This document shows, piece after piece, positions 1-8,711 of a DNA stretch of 64,000 bases (position 1 is the stretch's first letter; each line of letters starts with the position of its first letter). The stretch comes from Verrucomicrobiota bacterium. GTDB taxonomy: Bacteria > Verrucomicrobiota > Verrucomicrobiia > Opitutales > Coraliomargaritaceae. The notes beneath the pieces are model-generated. The model searched no databases, was not told the origin of the DNA, and saw nothing but the letters and a program-made list of their open reading frames with translations. Location of the stretch: contig JBCBZJ010000001.1 of the NCBI GenBank assembly GCA_039815375.1, positions 256,001 to 320,000 of the forward strand, written 5' to 3'. Made by a program: the position numbers and the translations under genes.

Positions 1-1
1 A

Positions 2-151
2 GGAAGAAAGTATCAAATCCAGCGCTCGATTGATCTTAAGGTATGGGACGATCTCGTTATGGTGTCCGGTGATAACCGTAGCGTAATGCGCCAAGAAATA
101 AATAGTAATGAATCAAGCTTCTATCGTATCCAATTCTTATTTGATCAATAG
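2..151 (+). CDS. 3' end of a probably secreted protein running in from the left edge (partial)
   Basis: Frame 2 is open from base 2 to TAG 149-151: GRKYQIQRSIDLKVWDDLVMVSGDNRSVMRQEINSNESSFYRIQFLFDQ*. This resembles the Y..S.DL..W...FYRI C-terminal tail common on verrucomicrobial secreted proteins. Not in the ORF track because it has no start in the window. Confidence 0.7.
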   Translation, partial: GRKYQIQRSIDLKVWDDLVMVSGDNRSVMRQEINSNESSFYRIQFLFDQ

Positions 152-534
152 ACTTTGGGCAAAATTGCTTTACTCGTTGACCGAAGAAAGCAAAAAAGGG
201 GAGGCCTTAGCAAGGGATTTAAACAAGCAAGGTTCCCGTTGAATCCAAGCCATTTAACGCTTTTTGTTGCTTACGGGAGTCAAAAAGAGGCATTCCGTAA
301 ATCCTTGCATTCGACATTGGCGGGCGCAAACCTGTCAGCTTTTTGTGTAAGTCGTTGTGCAACAGGGCGGCTCACGAGAATTATCGAACTGTGGACACAC
401 ATAGGGACACAAGGAATCGATTTTTGAGCGTTTTATGTCTTATTTTTCTAAACGAGGAATTCTCAATAAAACCCACAAGTCATTTTAAATAAATGAATTA
501 AGTTAATTTATAGGCTGTCTTAATTAGATCAAAA

Positions 535-553
535 TGGTCGGGCCAACAGGATT
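535..553 (-). repeat. Direct repeat of the tRNA-Pro 3' end (att-like / tRNA-linked repeat)
   Basis: TGGTCGGGCCAACAGGATT (535-553) matches TGGTCGGGCCGACAGGATT (683-701) at 18/19 positions. Confidence 0.85.
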
Positions 554-651
554 GCTACGCCATCTATACATTGACGAGACGCAATATTCGTAGCTGCAAT
601 GTTTCGTTAAACCTGCTTGTTCGCAGCTTCAAACCTCTGTCCGCCAGCGAC

Positions 652-680
652 AAAAAGCCCTCGCTACAGCGAAAGCTTTT
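652..680 (-). terminator. Intrinsic terminator downstream of tRNA-Pro
   Basis: Minus strand AAAGCTTTCGC-TGTA-GCGAGGGCTTT hairpin running into a T tract. Confidence 0.65.
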
Positions 681-682
681 AT

Positions 683-763
<81 letters not shown>

Positions 764-817
764 TAAAAATTTGGAAGCTGGCGTGATGTTGTTTCGGGTC
801 AAGCCTATATCTGAGTG

Positions 818-2041
818 CTAGGGTGTGCTGGTGCTTACCGAGATGCGGATAAATGCGGTTGTCGATGTCATGATTGGTGTTGAGCGGCGATAAATGAGCG
901 TCTCTGTTCCATCTCCGTTATTTACGGATGCTGGGTCTGAATCATAGATGCCCGCCGAGTCTGTTGGCCAAAATGTAACATTGTCGGTAGTCATTGGCGT
1001 GTAGGTCACCTCAGACAGACCAATTGGACGTGTAACTTTGAGTTCTAAATAGAGTGAATCGCCGTCCTGTGTCTGCTGGACAATGGGCAGAATTCCCGCA
1101 TCGCTCTGATGCGGATTTCCGCCGAACGCAAATTCAAGCAGCTGTGGAACGCCATCTCCATCTGTGTCGGCGGTGTCGAATGCATCCGTATTGTAGAGAC
1201 TATTTTCGATCTTCCAATCTGAGTAAATGGTGGGATCAGGGATCGCAGCCTCTATATCGTCTATGTAGCTGCTGACGCGGACGAAGTAATTCAAATCGTC
1301 TCCAATGAAAGCAAAGGTGCATGAGCCGCTGGTTGAAACTGCAGCAGAAATACCGGCCAATTTCCATGTGCCGTTGTGGTTCACGAACAGCCCGCTTCCA
1401 GAGTCGTAGATGGTGAGGCCTGCCTCGTCGTTACCTGCATTTGAGTCCAGATCTGTCTGCAGATAATTGTATTCATAGTCGGCAATCTCTCCAAAATTGC
1501 CAAAGTCGATTCGATTGGTTCCCCAGCGCTTGGACATTGTTCCAGAGTTACCCCATTCCCATGTATTTTTTGCACCGCTTGCAGGGTCGTCCACGCTTTC
1601 GTCGCGTCCGACGCCCCATCCAATTAGAGTGCCGGTTGCAGCTATGTCAGCGCGGTTGTTGTCCAATAGCTCGGTTTCTGGAAGGCCGGGGTCTTCCAAT
1701 AGTTTTATGAGCTTCATGTCGGACCCTGCGATTTGAATTGGTGCAAACTGGGTGTCCCGGGCGATGGAGGTAACTCCATCGAAAGTCACTGAGTTTGTGT
1801 TCACATTGACGTGGTCTGCGGTTAGCAGATACTTGCCTCTGATGTGGACAACGCTGCCCTGTGATGAATTAGCGATTCGGCCGACAGAATTAAATACGTT
1901 CTCTCTGGCAGCATCAGGTGCTGTTAGATTGATGTCATTACTGCCCGAGTACAAGATCACTCCGTTTACTGTCAGCTGAAAGCTGGCTAGCATTATGGCA
2001 AAGAAGCATACCTTAATGCGGTGGCTGTGGGGCAGTGTCAT
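818..2041 (-). CDS. Secreted trypsin-like serine protease with a Ca-binding DxDGDG motif and C-terminal sorting-like domain
   Basis: Signal peptide; triad motifs LTADHV, DMKLIKL, YDSGSG; then DTDGDGVPQLLEFAFGGNP and terminal AFIRISVS. Confidence 0.85.
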   Translation of the reverse strand: MTLPHSHRIKVCFFAIMLASFQLTVNGVILYSGSNDINLTAPDAARENVFNSVGRIANSSQGSVVHIRGKYLLTADHVNVNTNSVTFDGVTSIARDTQFAPIQIAGSDMKLIKLLEDPGLPETELLDNNRADIAATGTLIGWGVGRDESVDDPASGAKNTWEWGNSGTMSKRWGTNRIDFGNFGEIADYEYNYLQTDLDSNAGNDEAGLTIYDSGSGLFVNHNGTWKLAGISAAVSTSGSCTFAFIGDDLNYFVRVSSYIDDIEAAIPDPTIYSDWKIENSLYNTDAFDTADTDGDGVPQLLEFAFGGNPHQSDAGILPIVQQTQDGDSLYLELKVTRPIGLSEVTYTPMTTDNVTFWPTDSAGIYDSDPASVNNGDGTETLIYRRSTPIMTSTTAFIRISVSTSTP

Positions 2042-2102
2042 GTCGACGTAAACTTAGCCTACTAATCGACACATTCAATGTATTGGTTGCTAATGAATTG
2101 CG

Positions 2103-2135
2103 AAAAAAATGCCGCAGTCGAAATGACTGCGGCAT
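2103..2135 (-). terminator. Intrinsic terminator after the YugP-like gene
   Basis: Perfect 11-bp stem ATGCCGCAGTC/GACTGCGGCAT next to an A run (T run on the minus strand). Confidence 0.85.
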
Positions 2136-2163
2136 GAGGCAAAGTTTATTTCTTAAAATCGTT

Positions 2164-2832
2164 CTAGCGCCGCGAGGCCAGGAGGTAGAGCAACCATCCA
2201 AGGCTGCTGATGAATGCCGCGACATAGGTGTAAGCGGCTGCGTCGAGTGTCTTGTTGACCCCCTCGAGTTCGTCCTGGTCTACGATGCCGAGCCCAACCA
2301 GTTGCTTTTTGGCGCGAGAACTGGCGTCAAACTCGACTGGAAGGGTCACGAGTTGGAAGATTGTCAGCACCAAATAAGCGAAGATACCAATCGTGATGAA
2401 TAGGCCGGACTGTCCACCAAAGAGGAAAATCGTGCCCATGAAATAGATGGGCAACAGTTGAGAGGCAAAACTGGTAATTGGCACGAGAGCCATGCGTAGA
2501 TTGAGTGGCGCATAAGCCTGCTTATGCTGGATCGCATGGCCTGCTTCGTGGGCAGCAACACCTAAAGCGGCAAGGCTCGTGCCATGGAAGTTATCCTGAC
2601 TTAGGGCCAGACGTTTGTGGGTCGGGTCATAGTGGTCGGTCAGGGTGCCGTGGCACTGCACGATTTCTACATCATGAATACCGGCGCTCTGCATGACGGC
2701 TTCTGCTGCTTCGCGACCGGTGATTCGACCACGGGAGGGCACTTGCACGTATTTGCCGTAGGCGCTCTTTACTTTCATCTGGGCCCAAAGACCGACGATG
2801 AGCGGGACAATTATTAATACTAAAAAGGTCAT
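2164..2832 (-). CDS. YugP-family membrane zinc metallopeptidase
   Basis: LTDHYDP, AAHEAGHAIQH (HExxH), TLPVEFDASSRA, AAAYTYVAA. Confidence 0.92.
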   Translation of the reverse strand: MTFLVLIIVPLIVGLWAQMKVKSAYGKYVQVPSRGRITGREAAEAVMQSAGIHDVEIVQCHGTLTDHYDPTHKRLALSQDNFHGTSLAALGVAAHEAGHAIQHKQAYAPLNLRMALVPITSFASQLLPIYFMGTIFLFGGQSGLFITIGIFAYLVLTIFQLVTLPVEFDASSRAKKQLVGLGIVDQDELEGVNKTLDAAAYTYVAAFISSLGWLLYLLASRR

Positions 2833-2983
2833 AGTGTGCTAGAATGTCTCATTTTGTGTTTAAATCACTAATTTAGTTCCAATGGTTTGCAACTTTCGTG
2901 CCGTTGTTTTGTTTTTAGGACACGTCACATTGTAAAACAATTCTTCCTTGGAATAAAATCACCTTTACCGTGTCTAAATTACT

Positions 2984-3445
2984 ATGATTTATAAAACTCA
3001 CGCTTTCCTCAAGCTGGCTCTCGTTGCTAGTTTATTTGTCTTTGCCGGTCTTGCTCACGCAGGTTCCGGGGATTGGATGACTGAATTTGATGCAGCTGCA
3101 GCAAAGGCCAAGGCTGAAAAGAAGCCGATGCTTTTAGATTTCACGGGCTCTGACTGGTGTGGATGGTGCATAAAGTTGGATAAAGAAGTTTTTAGCCAGA
3201 GCGCTTTCAAGGATTATGCGGGCGATAATCTGGTGCTTGTCGAATTGGATTTCCCTTCACGCAAGAAACAAAGCGCGGAACTACAGGCGCAGAATAAAGC
3301 TCTAGCTGAGAAATACGGAATCCGTGGATATCCAACAATCGTTCTACTTACGCCTGAAGGTGATTTGATTGAGAAAACCGGTTATCGACGTGGTGGGCCT
3401 GAAAAATATGTCGACCACATCAGAGAGTTGATTGCCTCAAATTAA
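2984..3445 (+). CDS. Exported thioredoxin-family protein (disulfide isomerase-like)
   Basis: Signal peptide; FTGSDWCGWC CxxC motif; GYPT cis-Pro loop. Confidence 0.92.
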   Translation: MIYKTHAFLKLALVASLFVFAGLAHAGSGDWMTEFDAAAAKAKAEKKPMLLDFTGSDWCGWCIKLDKEVFSQSAFKDYAGDNLVLVELDFPSRKKQSAELQAQNKALAEKYGIRGYPTIVLLTPEGDLIEKTGYRRGGPEKYVDHIRELIASN

Positions 3446-3471
3446 TACGCGTCGCTTTTGCTACACAGAAC

Positions 3472-3502
3472 AGCCTCGGACCAACTGGCCCGAGGCTTTT
3501 TT
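3472..3502 (+). terminator. Intrinsic terminator after the thioredoxin gene
   Basis: AGCCTCGG...CCGAGGCT stem followed by a T run. Confidence 0.8.
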
Positions 3503-3680
3503 GTCCTAAATGATCTTGGGCACAAAGGTTCAGTCAGCCTGTCAGTGGGCTTCAATTTAAGATCCTTGCTCCCAGATACCAGCTGTCTAGCTGCCAGGCC
3601 TGTTAGATCGGCTGCGCCGAGAGCGGTTGATGCCCCTGACCAAGTGAGCGGATGAATTGGCGGGGCATACGTGGATTTAA

Positions 3681-5969
3681 CTACTTCAGCACGCGATGCA
3701 GTGCGTCGCTCATTTCTTTGATTCGATAAGGCTTCGGAACTGCTGCTTTAAAAGCAGAGTTTTCGTAATCTGACATTACGTTCGAAGTCGCGTAGCCGCT
3801 GGAAGCAATCGCGATAAGATCAGGGTCGTATTCAATAAGAATTTCGCTAGCTTTTTCGCCACCCATAGCGCCTGGTACCGTCAGATCGAAGACGACTGCT
3901 CTGAAAGGTTTACCGGATTCTTTGGCTTCCTTGTAAGCGGTAATGGCTTCTTCTCCATTGGTAGAAAACTCTACTTCGTAACCCAAAACATTTAAAATCT
4001 CACCGGCGACAAGCATCATGGCTTCCATATCATCCATCACAAGGATGCGCCCATGACCCTTGTGGATGGATTCGCTTTGGTCGGTCGACGGTTCACTCTC
4101 CGCTGGTCTTTTTGCTGCTGCTTTTTCGTTTTGTGTTTTTGGCAGGTAAACGCGGAAGGCGGTTCCTTTGCCGACCTCGGATTCAACGGTCATGGCTCCC
4201 TGATGACTCTTCACGATAGAGTAAGATGAGGCCAGTCCGAGGCCATTGCCCTCATCCTTAGTGGTAAAGTAAGGGTCGAAGATTCGCTTGATGTTTTCGG
4301 AGCTGATCCCAACGCCTTCGTCTTCCACTTTGATGCAGACATAGGCTCCTGCTTTCAGCGCTGGAATTTCAGAGTGGCGGACACGGCTATTTTCCAAGTG
4401 CAGTTGAATGTTGCCTCCAGTCGGCATGGCTTGGTCGGCATTAATGATTAAGTTGTTAACGACCTGACTGATCTGCCCTTTGTCAGCATCGACTGCCCAG
4501 ATGTCTTTGCCCTTGGTGACCTGGCATTTTACATTAGAACCCCGGAGGCTGAACTGTGCACTTTCTTCCACTAACTTGTCGATCGTTGTAACTTCAAGGA
4601 CGGGCGCGCCACCTTTGGAGAAAGTAAGTAACTGCTGTGTGAGTGATTTGGCTTGGAGGGCGGCTTTTTCGGCTGCCAGTAGCTTGCGGGAGTTTGGGTC
4701 CTCAGCATCAATGTCCATTCGGGCGACCGAGATATTACCCAGAATCGCGGTGAGCATATTGTTGAAATCGTGTGCGATACCTCCAGCCAGTAAGCTCACT
4801 GAATTAAGCTTTTCTGTTTTGAATAGTTCCTCTTCTGCCTTCTTTTGTTTCGTGATATCTCGAAGGACGGTGACGCAACCATGATAGCCCCCTTCTTCAT
4901 CCCGTATTGCCCTCATTTCAGCAGTCACGAGAAGTGGCGCCCTGCCTTGGCCTCGCTCTAGGGGCAGGCCTGCCTTGGAATAGCTTTCAGTGTATTCCGG
5001 GCTCAGAAGATCTTTGGTTGGGTCTTTGATGCTTGTGCCCGAGTCGGGGTTTTTAAGCTTGAGCACTTGGCCTAGTGGTTTGCCGAGCGCTTCCTGATTG
5101 CTGGATCCTGTTAGGCGGGAAGCCTCCTGGTTCATTCGCTCTACTGTGCCGTTTTTGTCTGTTGCGATGACCGCATCGACAATGGAATCGAGTGTTACCG
5201 TTAATCGTTCTTTTTCGCGTTTGAGCTCCAATTCGGCAGAGCGGCGCTGAGTAATGTCACGCAGGCTGACGAGTAGTGCGCTTTCGCCTTCCCAAACCAG
5301 ATCGACCGCGCTGATTTCTACGAGATGTGAGCTTCCTCCGGGCTCAGGGATTTCCAATTCGGATATCTGACTGGTGCTGACTTCAAAAGGAAAGGTCTCA
5401 CCAACCAGGCTGCTTTCTTCGATTTCGAGCAGAGCTGCGGCTGAGGAGTTGAAAAACTTGATTTCATATTCGGGAGTGAGGATGAGCATCGCGTCCGTAT
5501 TCGCGTCAAAGATCCTTCGCAGTAGAGCTTCGCGGTGCTCAAGTTCGCTGGTATACCTTTCAAGCTTTGTCGTTAAATTGCTTCGTTCAATTGCATAGCG
5601 AATAGACCGGCGGAGAACTTCACCACTGAGCCGGTCTTTGAAGAGGTAGTCCTGTGCACCCGCTTGCAGGGCTTGAAGGGAAAGCTGCTCATCGTCGGCG
5701 CCGGTCAGAATAATAACAACTTCGTCAGAAATTTTCTCCAAGAGTCTGTGGAAGGTTTCGATGCCTCTACTGTCGGGTAAAGAGAGATCGAGGAGAACGA
5801 CATGAAACTGTCCTGTGCCGATTTGGTCCAAGCCCTCCCGCAAGCGCTTTACAGTCGTGATCTTGTGGTCGAGGAGCGAAAGGTCGAGGTATTCGGCAAC
5901 GAGGTCGGCATCTGCAGCGTTGTCCTCAAAGAGCAGAATCTCAATTATCTCTGGCGGTTTCTTTGGCAT
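3681..5969 (-). CDS. Cytoplasmic hybrid histidine kinase (REC-PAS-PAS-HisKA-HATPase-REC)
   Basis: N-terminal receiver (LLFED, LLDLSLPD), PAS ends RDITQRR/RDITKQK, H-box AGGIAHDFNNML, N-box NLIINADQAM, FDPYFTTK, GNGLGL, C-terminal receiver. Start taken at ATG 5969 (ORF track extends to 5993). Confidence 0.93.
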   Translation of the reverse strand: MPKKPPEIIEILLFEDNAADADLVAEYLDLSLLDHKITTVKRLREGLDQIGTGQFHVVLLDLSLPDSRGIETFHRLLEKISDEVVIILTGADDEQLSLQALQAGAQDYLFKDRLSGEVLRRSIRYAIERSNLTTKLERYTSELEHREALLRRIFDANTDAMLILTPEYEIKFFNSSAAALLEIEESSLVGETFPFEVSTSQISELEIPEPGGSSHLVEISAVDLVWEGESALLVSLRDITQRRSAELELKREKERLTVTLDSIVDAVIATDKNGTVERMNQEASRLTGSSNQEALGKPLGQVLKLKNPDSGTSIKDPTKDLLSPEYTESYSKAGLPLERGQGRAPLLVTAEMRAIRDEEGGYHGCVTVLRDITKQKKAEEELFKTEKLNSVSLLAGGIAHDFNNMLTAILGNISVARMDIDAEDPNSRKLLAAEKAALQAKSLTQQLLTFSKGGAPVLEVTTIDKLVEESAQFSLRGSNVKCQVTKGKDIWAVDADKGQISQVVNNLIINADQAMPTGGNIQLHLENSRVRHSEIPALKAGAYVCIKVEDEGVGISSENIKRIFDPYFTTKDEGNGLGLASSYSIVKSHQGAMTVESEVGKGTAFRVYLPKTQNEKAAAKRPAESEPSTDQSESIHKGHGRILVMDDMEAMMLVAGEILNVLGYEVEFSTNGEEAITAYKEAKESGKPFRAVVFDLTVPGAMGGEKASEILIEYDPDLIAIASSGYATSNVMSDYENSAFKAAVPKPYRIKEMSDALHRVLK

Positions 5970-6019
5970 TTCGCGCGAGCAAGTAACCAGCAAGCTCTAA
6001 TCCTTTGGACAAATCAATC

Positions 6020-7144
6020 TCATATCTTGTTTGTAGCTGCCTCCTTATTCACCTTGGGAAGGCATATATAAAATGTGCTGCCGCCTGCCTTTTCGGATTC
6101 GAGTGAAATGCTGCCGCCATGCCGTTCCACGATCTTCTTGCATACAGCTAGACCAATCCCGGAGCCTTCAAACTCGTCGTGGGTGTTTAACCTCTGGAAC
6201 AGATTGAAGATCAACTCGTGATGGTCCGAATCGATGCCGATTCCTTCATCTTTCACGGAAGTAATCCAAGATTCGGGCACTCCTGCTTCCGCTCCATCTT
6301 TAAAACCGACTTGAACCTGCGGCTTGACGCCCTCGGCATGAAACTTGATTGCGTTACCGATGAGGTTTTGAAAAAGCCGTATCAAACTAATCGAATCGCC
6401 GAGCACGACGGGAGTGCAGTCTGTATCGATTGCTACCTCAGCTGCCAACTCACGAATTGTGGTCGAAAGGTTACTGGTGGCTTCACTGAGCACATTTGTC
6501 AGTGCAATTGGGACGGGGTCGATGTTCTCCTTTTCCATGCGCGCATAGCTCAAAAGGTCTTCGATCAAACGGCGCATTCTGTCAGCACCTTCGCAAGCGT
6601 AGTCGATGTATCGTTTGGCACAGTCATCAAGCGCCTCAGGCGAACGCTCCTGAAGCAGGCGCAGGTAGCCTGTGATCATTCGCAGCGGTTCGCGTAGATC
6701 ATGCGATGCGACCGAAGCGAAGTTGGCCAGTTCACTATGACCTTCCGAGGTGAGCTCTCTGGTATCGATTGTTTGGCATAGGCCGCTTACGACCGGTTTC
6801 GCGACTCCCGGGCTGAGGTAGGCGCGACCCGTCAATCGCACTGTTCGGTTGCCCTTCTCCGGATGCAAAACAAGATCGATTTCCTTGTTCTCGTCCTGAA
6901 CCTTTTGAAAGGCATCCATCGCTGCCTCCTGTGAGCCCTCTCGCAGCAGCATGAGAAAGTCATCAAGAGTTTTAGGAATTTTATCCATCTCTATCCCAAA
7001 GAGAGCCAGCATCGAACTGTCCCATTTCATCGGTTCGTCTGCAGTCCAGCTCCAGTAGCCAACTTCGGCTGTGTCGACTGCGTTTTGCAGGCTGAGCAAC
7101 TGGTCCTGGCATTGTCGGAGTCGCTGGAGTAGAGGATCATCCAT
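6020..7144 (-). CDS. Cytoplasmic PAS-like sensor histidine kinase (phytochrome-type kinase core)
   Basis: H-box ASHDLREPLRMI, LFQNLIGNAIKF, DEGIGI, GSGIGLAVCKKIVERHGG. Start at ATG 7144 avoids overlap with the divergent gene. Confidence 0.9.
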   Translation of the reverse strand: MDDPLLQRLRQCQDQLLSLQNAVDTAEVGYWSWTADEPMKWDSSMLALFGIEMDKIPKTLDDFLMLLREGSQEAAMDAFQKVQDENKEIDLVLHPEKGNRTVRLTGRAYLSPGVAKPVVSGLCQTIDTRELTSEGHSELANFASVASHDLREPLRMITGYLRLLQERSPEALDDCAKRYIDYACEGADRMRRLIEDLLSYARMEKENIDPVPIALTNVLSEATSNLSTTIRELAAEVAIDTDCTPVVLGDSISLIRLFQNLIGNAIKFHAEGVKPQVQVGFKDGAEAGVPESWITSVKDEGIGIDSDHHELIFNLFQRLNTHDEFEGSGIGLAVCKKIVERHGGSISLESEKAGGSTFYICLPKVNKEAATNKI

Positions 7145-7226
7145 CAGTTTTGCAAAAAATGATTCGCTATCATGAATAGATCGGCTTTTAATGAAGCACA
7201 ACTTCTTATCCGGCAGCATTTGCTAC

Positions 7227-8414
7227 ATGCCCGTTGCTATCAGTCACAGTGTCGTTCAATTCTTTAGCCTTCCGTTAAACGAGTCGCAGGTGGAGATTTG
7301 GGCTTCGGAGCAGAAATCCAGATTGGCTGGGCCTCCGACATTTGGACTCCTTTTTTGCTCTCCGGATTCTGTTGATGAAGCGAAGGAGGTGATGGAAATC
7401 GTGCGAATCTATGGGCACGTTCCGGTTATCATCGGATGCTCTGCCAGCGGCTTGATTGCCGAGTCACGCGAGATTGAGAATGAGGGTGGCTTTTGCATCG
7501 CTCTTTATCATTTCCCGGAGACGTGTGCCCATGTGCTGCATCTGCCCGAGTCACGCTTTGTAGAGTGCGATGAAGGTGGCCTCGGTGAAGCAACCAGGAC
7601 CCTGGCCGATCGGGTCAATGCATGGATGCTCTTTGCATCTTCTGAGAGTCTTGTGAATGACGGTTGGCTCTCGCATTGGGATATTGCTACGGGTGGTAAG
7701 CCTACAGTAGGCGGTTTTGCAGGAGGATCGGCAGAGGCATCGAGCGCGCTCTTCATGAATGGCCGGGTGGAGACGGAAGGCGCAGTTGCCCTTGCCCTGG
7801 AAGGTGAAGTCACGATTGATCCGGTGCTCTCTCAGGGTTGCCGTCCGGTGGGCTCGCCCTGGACGATTACTCAGGCAGAGCACAATGTCATCCATCAGGT
7901 CGGAAATCGACCGATTCTCGAAGTCTTGCGGGATACGCTCGAGGGAATGAGCCAACATGAGCAGCAACAGGCCCGCGGCAATATCTTCATCGGGCTGGTG
8001 ATGGATGAGTATAAGTCGAGTTTTGGCACTGGTGATTTTCTTGTGCGAAATCTCGCTGCGATCGATCCGAATACCGGATCGGTTGCGATCGCGACCCCTA
8101 CTCGCACGGGACAAAACCTTCAGTTTCAGATCCGAGATGCGAACGCCGCATCAATCGATTTCGAAGAGCTACTAAAGCAACGCCTCGAAGCACTTTCTGA
8201 TTCAGTGATCTATGGTGCCTGCCTTTGTGATTGTATTGGACGAGGTGCGTCCCTCTTCGGCATTCCGGATCATGACGCCAGTGTAGTGCAGGATCTTTTG
8301 CCAGGGCTGCCTCTTGGCGGTCTCTTCTGTAATGGAGAATTTGCACCGGTAAAAGGGCGCACCTTGTTGCACGGTTACGCAGCTAGTCTAGGGCTTTTTG
8401 TCGCTAAGGCGTAA
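7227..8414 (+). CDS. FIST (NosP-like) signal transduction protein
   Basis: IIGCSASGLI, VGGFAG, SQGCRPVG, CIGRG, GLFCNGEF, LHGY are typical FIST_N/FIST_C motifs. Confidence 0.9.
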   Translation: MPVAISHSVVQFFSLPLNESQVEIWASEQKSRLAGPPTFGLLFCSPDSVDEAKEVMEIVRIYGHVPVIIGCSASGLIAESREIENEGGFCIALYHFPETCAHVLHLPESRFVECDEGGLGEATRTLADRVNAWMLFASSESLVNDGWLSHWDIATGGKPTVGGFAGGSAEASSALFMNGRVETEGAVALALEGEVTIDPVLSQGCRPVGSPWTITQAEHNVIHQVGNRPILEVLRDTLEGMSQHEQQQARGNIFIGLVMDEYKSSFGTGDFLVRNLAAIDPNTGSVAIATPTRTGQNLQFQIRDANAASIDFEELLKQRLEALSDSVIYGACLCDCIGRGASLFGIPDHDASVVQDLLPGLPLGGLFCNGEFAPVKGRTLLHGYAASLGLFVAKA

Positions 8415-8711
8415 ACCTGTGCTCCATCCGGGAAGGGTGGTTAGTCACCCTGCTCAGGGCTATTAGTTATTTTGATTAGTATGCCTTAACTTAAAATATT
8501 ATTTGATTAGTTTATCTTCTTTTAAGAAGCTTTAAGCATATTTTGGTTAGTATAGAGGGTAGTAGTAAGGCTCGAACGTTTGGTAGGCGTTCGGGCCTTT
8601 TACTTTGGAAAATCAACCTATTCATTCTTGCTTGGCTTCGTTGGGGCTTCTTTTGTAATCGAAATTTTAGCCTACGCGGCCTCAGTGCACGTCGTATCTC
8701 TCCATTCATCA

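Noticed and set aside
155..427. 90-aa ORF in the left intergenic region
   Set aside because: TTG start, no motifs, and composition not protein-like; unsupported.
8422..8460. GC-rich hairpins resembling an SRP RNA core
   Set aside because: Lacks the conserved TCAGG-N-GGAA-N-AGCAG arrangement; more likely a terminator-like structure.
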